64,000 nt of DNA, from contig CM059431.1 of NCBI GenBank assembly GCA_030390025.1, positions 133,674,001-133,738,000 of the forward strand, written 5' to 3'. The notes beneath the pieces are model-generated. The model was not told the DNA's origin, made no database searches, and saw only the letters and a list, made by a program, of their open reading frames with translations. Position numbers and translations under genes: made by a program. Origin of the DNA: Squalus acanthias (Eukaryota). Below are positions 62,400 to 64,000 of this stretch, piece by piece (the stretch's first letter is position 1; the number at the start of each line of letters is the position of its first letter).

Positions 62400-63285
62400 T
62401 TAAAAATTCATTCTCAGAATGTGGGCTTCGATGGCAAGGCCAGCATTTATTGTCAATCCCTAGTTGCCTTTGAGAAGGTGGTGGTAGGACTTCTTGAACC
62501 GCTGTAGTGTTCTTTGTAGTGGTTTGATACATTGAATGGCTTGTTATGCGACTTCAGAGGGCTGTTAACATGTGTTGATGTGGCACTGGAGTCACATATA
62601 GGCCAGACAGAGTAAGGGTGGCAGGTTTCCTAAGAACATAAGAAAATAAAAAATAGGAGCAGGCGTAGGCCATTCAGCCCTTCGAGCCTGATCCGCTATT
62701 CAATAAGGTCATGGCTGATGGTTTACCTCAACTCCACCTTCCTGCAGTAAAGGACATTAATGACACAATAACAACTTGCATTTATATAGTGCCTTTCATG
62801 TAGTAAAACGTTCCAAGCTGCTTCACAGGAGTGTTATCAAACAAAATTTGACATTGAGCCACATAAGGAGATATTAAGACAGGTGACCTTGGTCAAAGAG
62901 GTAGGTTTTAAGGAACCTCTTAAAGGAGGAGAGAGAGGTAGAGAAGCGGAGAGGCTTAAGGAGGGAATACCAGGGCCTAGAGCCCAGACAGCTGAAGGCA
63001 CAGCAGCCAATGGTGGAGCGATTAAAATTGGAATTGCGCAAGAGGCCAGAATTGGTGCAGCGCAGAGATCTTGGAGGGTTGAAGGGCTGGTGGAGGTGAC
63101 AGAGATAAGGAGGAGCGAGGCGAGTTGGATTTCTACGACAATCCAAAAGTTTCATGGTCACTTTTATTGATACCAGCTGTTTATTACCAAACTTTTTAAA
63201 ACTGAATACAAATTCTCAAACTGCTATGGTGGGATTTGAACTCACATTCGCTGGATTATTAGTCCAGGCCCCCTGGATTACTAAT
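62400..63285 (-). mobile_element. SINE-like element sharing the tail of the 30608 LINE, interrupted by a CR1 tail (~62631-62745) and an L2 tail (~62765-63120)
   Basis: Minus-strand B-box-like GAGTTCAAATCCC at ~63231-63243; 62410-62505 matches 30620-30720. Confidence 0.6.
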
Positions 63286-63390
63286 ACAAAAGCAAAGTAC
63301 TGTGGATGCTGGAAATCTGAAATAAAAACAGAAAATGCTGGAAATACTCAGCTGTCAGGCAGCATCTGTGGAGGGAGAAACAGAGTTAAT

Positions 63391-64000
63391 GGGCTGGATT
63401 TTCATTGACCCATGGAGGCGGGTTTGGAGGCGTGTGGGGGGTTAAAATTGCGAAAACTGGCGAGTGGGCACAAGCCCGCCTCCACGCAATTTTCATTAAA
63501 TCGTGTCTGCTGGTCCTGACTCCGTCCCGCCTTTAAGAGGCGGGATAGGCTGTTAAGGCCCTTAACAAGCACTAAATTGGCTCTAGAATGCCATTTTGAA
63601 AGGCCTTTGTGATTTTAACCCTTGTTGTATGTGAAGCACGCCTGTTCTGAACCACGATTGTGAAACCTAGCGGGAGCACATTTGGATATGGATAGTTGAC
63701 GCTGGCTGACTGGCTGGCTGGCTATGGGGATGCATATATGGATGGCTATGTGGATGGATGTATATATGGATGGATGGAGAGGAGACATATCTGGGAGTGG
63801 TGGTGTAAAAATATCTGCGCGTAGACTTAGGGCTGCTGCTGCTCATTTTGCAGGTCCTCTCACAGCAAAGGCCTGGCAGTGTTTGAAGACCTTCAATGCA
63901 GCAGCAATGATGACATCATCAGAGGCGACTTTCAGACTGAAAACACTAATTGGGTCATGGGTTCCCACATGCTGGAACTCAATTGCCCAATTAGGTGAAA
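63391..64000. mobile_element. Left arm of a Harbinger-type element running off the window
   Basis: Begins with the TIR GGGCTGGATTTT, as at 10271. Confidence 0.7.

Overview
Eukaryotic, repeat-dense vertebrate DNA, most likely a shark or other cartilaginous fish (inferred from HE1/V-SINE, DeuSINE and CR1 content). The only host gene is a + strand claudin-10 (10b-type): coding exon 1 at 4940-5159 and exon 2 at 62027-62188, separated by a 56,867-bp phase-1 intron; later exons lie beyond the window. The intron is a nest of transposons: many CR1 LINEs, L2 ends, SINEs, a hAT MITE, a 1.78-kb solo LTR, several decayed two-gene PIF/Harbinger elements (DDE transposase plus convergent spliced Myb/SANT gene) with their MITEs, and a nearly intact Neptune-type Penelope-like retroelement (RT + GIY-YIG). 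The most interesting signal is non-coding. The Penelope family carries a minimal type-I hammerhead ribozyme, present four times. Two copies have intact cores, covarying stems and lie on the claudin pre-mRNA strand (26047-26089, 58103-58140). The other two form a TSD-flanked ~216-bp fold-back insertion (33359-33574). All family assignments are by eye; no database search was run.
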